44,414 bases of DNA. Source: an uncultured Bacilli bacterium (GTDB lineage: Bacteria > Bacillota_I > Bacilli_A > RF39 > UBA660). Position numbers and translations under genes: made by a program. Positions 43,215 to 44,414 of this stretch are shown here, piece by piece. Each line of letters begins with the position of its first letter. Within the stretch, counting starts at the first letter, position 1. The stretch spans positions 1 through 44,414 of the forward strand of contig CANRHM010000001.1 in NCBI GenBank assembly GCA_947630415.1, read 5' to 3'. The notes under the pieces were generated by a model, which had not been told where the DNA came from, did not search any database, and saw nothing but the letters and a program-made list of their open reading frames with translations.

Positions 43215-44315
43215 ATGAGTTTAACTGCAGGAATTGTAGGATTACCTAATGTAGGAAAATCCACCTTATTTAATGCCATTACCAAAAAGAATATTTTAGC
43301 GGCGAACTATCCTTTTGCAACGATTGACCCCAATGTGGGAGTAGTAACTGTTCCAGATCAACGTTTAGCGGAATTAGAAAAAATGTATCAACCGGAACGA
43401 ACGATTCCAACATCTTTTGAATTTACCGATATTGCAGGACTCGTTAAGGGTGCCAGTCAAGGTGAAGGATTAGGAAACCAATTTCTATCTTATATTCGTG
43501 AAACCGATGCCATTTGTGAAGTAGTGCGTTGCTTTGAAGATAGTAATATCATTCACGTTGAAGGGGGTATTGATCCTATTCGTGATATCGAGATTATCAA
43601 TCTAGAACTTACTATAGCCGACCTTGATATTGTGGGTAATCGTATTGATAAAATGAAAAAGAAAGCAGAATCTAGTAAAGATAAAGAAGCCCTTCTAGAA
43701 ATGGAAGCCTTAAAGAAAGCAAAAGATGCCCTTGAAAAGAACATTCCATTACGGCTTGTTTCTTTTACAGATGAAGAAAAGAAACTATTACGTTCTTACA
43801 GTTTTCTAACCATTAAACCAATGATTTATCTTGCAAATATTAGTGAAGATGAAATTGCAAGTGAAGATAATTCCTACGTTCAAAAAGTAAGAGAGTATGC
43901 GAAAAAAGAAAAGGCGAAATGTGTTAAAATCTGTGCCAAAGTCGAAAGTGAATTGAGTGAATTAAACGACGATGATAAACAAGAAATGTTATCAATGTTA
44001 GGCCTTAAAGAAAGTGGTTTGGATGAATTAATTCGAGAAACCTACGATTTGTTAGGATTAAGTACTTACTTTACCGTAGGTCCAGATGAATGCCGAGCTT
44101 GGACTTTCAAGAAAGGCATGAATGCGAAAGAATGTGCAGGAATTATCCATACCGATTTCGAAAAAGGCTTTATTCGTGCAGAAGTAATGTCTTATGATGA
44201 CTTGATTTCCTGTGGAAGTGAATTAAAAGTCAAAGAAGCAGGAAAAGCAAGATTAGAAGGAAAAGACTATCTCATGCAAGATGGTGATATTTGTCATTTC
44301 CGTTTTAACGTATAA
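43215..44315 (+). CDS. ychF: redox-regulated ribosome-binding ATPase YchF
   Basis: Start taken at MSLTAGIVGLPNVGKSTLFNA (RBS AAGAGG 7 nt upstream). DIAGLVKGAS motif and a C-terminal TGS-like domain. Confidence 0.95.
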   Translation: MSLTAGIVGLPNVGKSTLFNAITKKNILAANYPFATIDPNVGVVTVPDQRLAELEKMYQPERTIPTSFEFTDIAGLVKGASQGEGLGNQFLSYIRETDAICEVVRCFEDSNIIHVEGGIDPIRDIEIINLELTIADLDIVGNRIDKMKKKAESSKDKEALLEMEALKKAKDALEKNIPLRLVSFTDEEKKLLRSYSFLTIKPMIYLANISEDEIASEDNSYVQKVREYAKKEKAKCVKICAKVESELSELNDDDKQEMLSMLGLKESGLDELIRETYDLLGLSTYFTVGPDECRAWTFKKGMNAKECAGIIHTDFEKGFIRAEVMSYDDLISCGSELKVKEAGKARLEGKDYLMQDGDICHFRFNV

Positions 44316-44414
44316 AATAAGAAAAAAAACAAAATAACATGTAGATAATATGAAAAAATGACATAAAATAATAACACTATAAATTTAAGAAAGTGTCATA
44401 ACAATACACATGTA

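Noticed and set aside
1-44414. Alternative genetic code (TGA=Trp, Mollicutes-like), mobile elements, CRISPR arrays, rRNA/tRNA genes
   Set aside because: Long conserved ORFs are intact under the standard code and several end in TGA (e.g. mnmG at 37172-37174). I saw no transposase or integrase motifs, no regularly spaced direct repeats, and no tRNA-like cloverleaf or T-loop (GGTTCGAATCC) signatures in the intergenic regions.

Overview
AT-rich, Bacillota-type chromosomal replication-origin region. Every credible gene left of about 31.45 kb is on the minus strand and every gene to the right is on the plus strand. They diverge from a DnaA-box cluster between dnaA and rpmH (oriC). Core synteny is Bacillus-like. 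Minus strand: dnaA-dnaN-[comK-like]-recF-gyrB-gyrA-[parS/NBS array]-SRP RNA-tadA-dnaX-ybaB-recR-bofA-holB-ricT-methyltransferase-rsmI-pth-mfd-CDF transporter-hypothetical-spoVT-[Met T-box]-metG-small ORF-tatD-3D-domain protein. Plus strand: rpmH-rnpA-yidC-jag-mnmE-mnmG-rsmG-noc-parA-parB-DUF951-abgT-small ORF-ychF. The only accessory-looking block is 0.1-5.7 kb. It holds a SipW-type signal peptidase, four divergent TasA-like (SipW-cognate signal) paralogues and two unknown membrane proteins. I saw no rRNA, tRNA, CRISPR, transposase or prophage signatures. TGA is used as a stop (e.g. mnmG), so the code is standard. Most interesting observations: (1) the SipW/TasA-like locus may be an uncharacterised extracellular fibre system, and its two tandem major genes carry duplicated promoters with G9 and G7 homopolymers exactly in the -35/-10 spacer (phase-variation candidates). 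(2) A symmetric 190-bp array interleaves three parS (ParB) and three NBS (Noc) palindromes between gyrA and the SRP RNA gene, and a fourth perfect NBS lies at the mnmE/mnmG junction. (3) The Noc paralogue has a ~200-aa disordered insertion and no N-terminal membrane helix. (4) A ComK-family regulator sits between dnaN and recF. All calls come from reading the sequence and from remembered family motifs; no database search was run.
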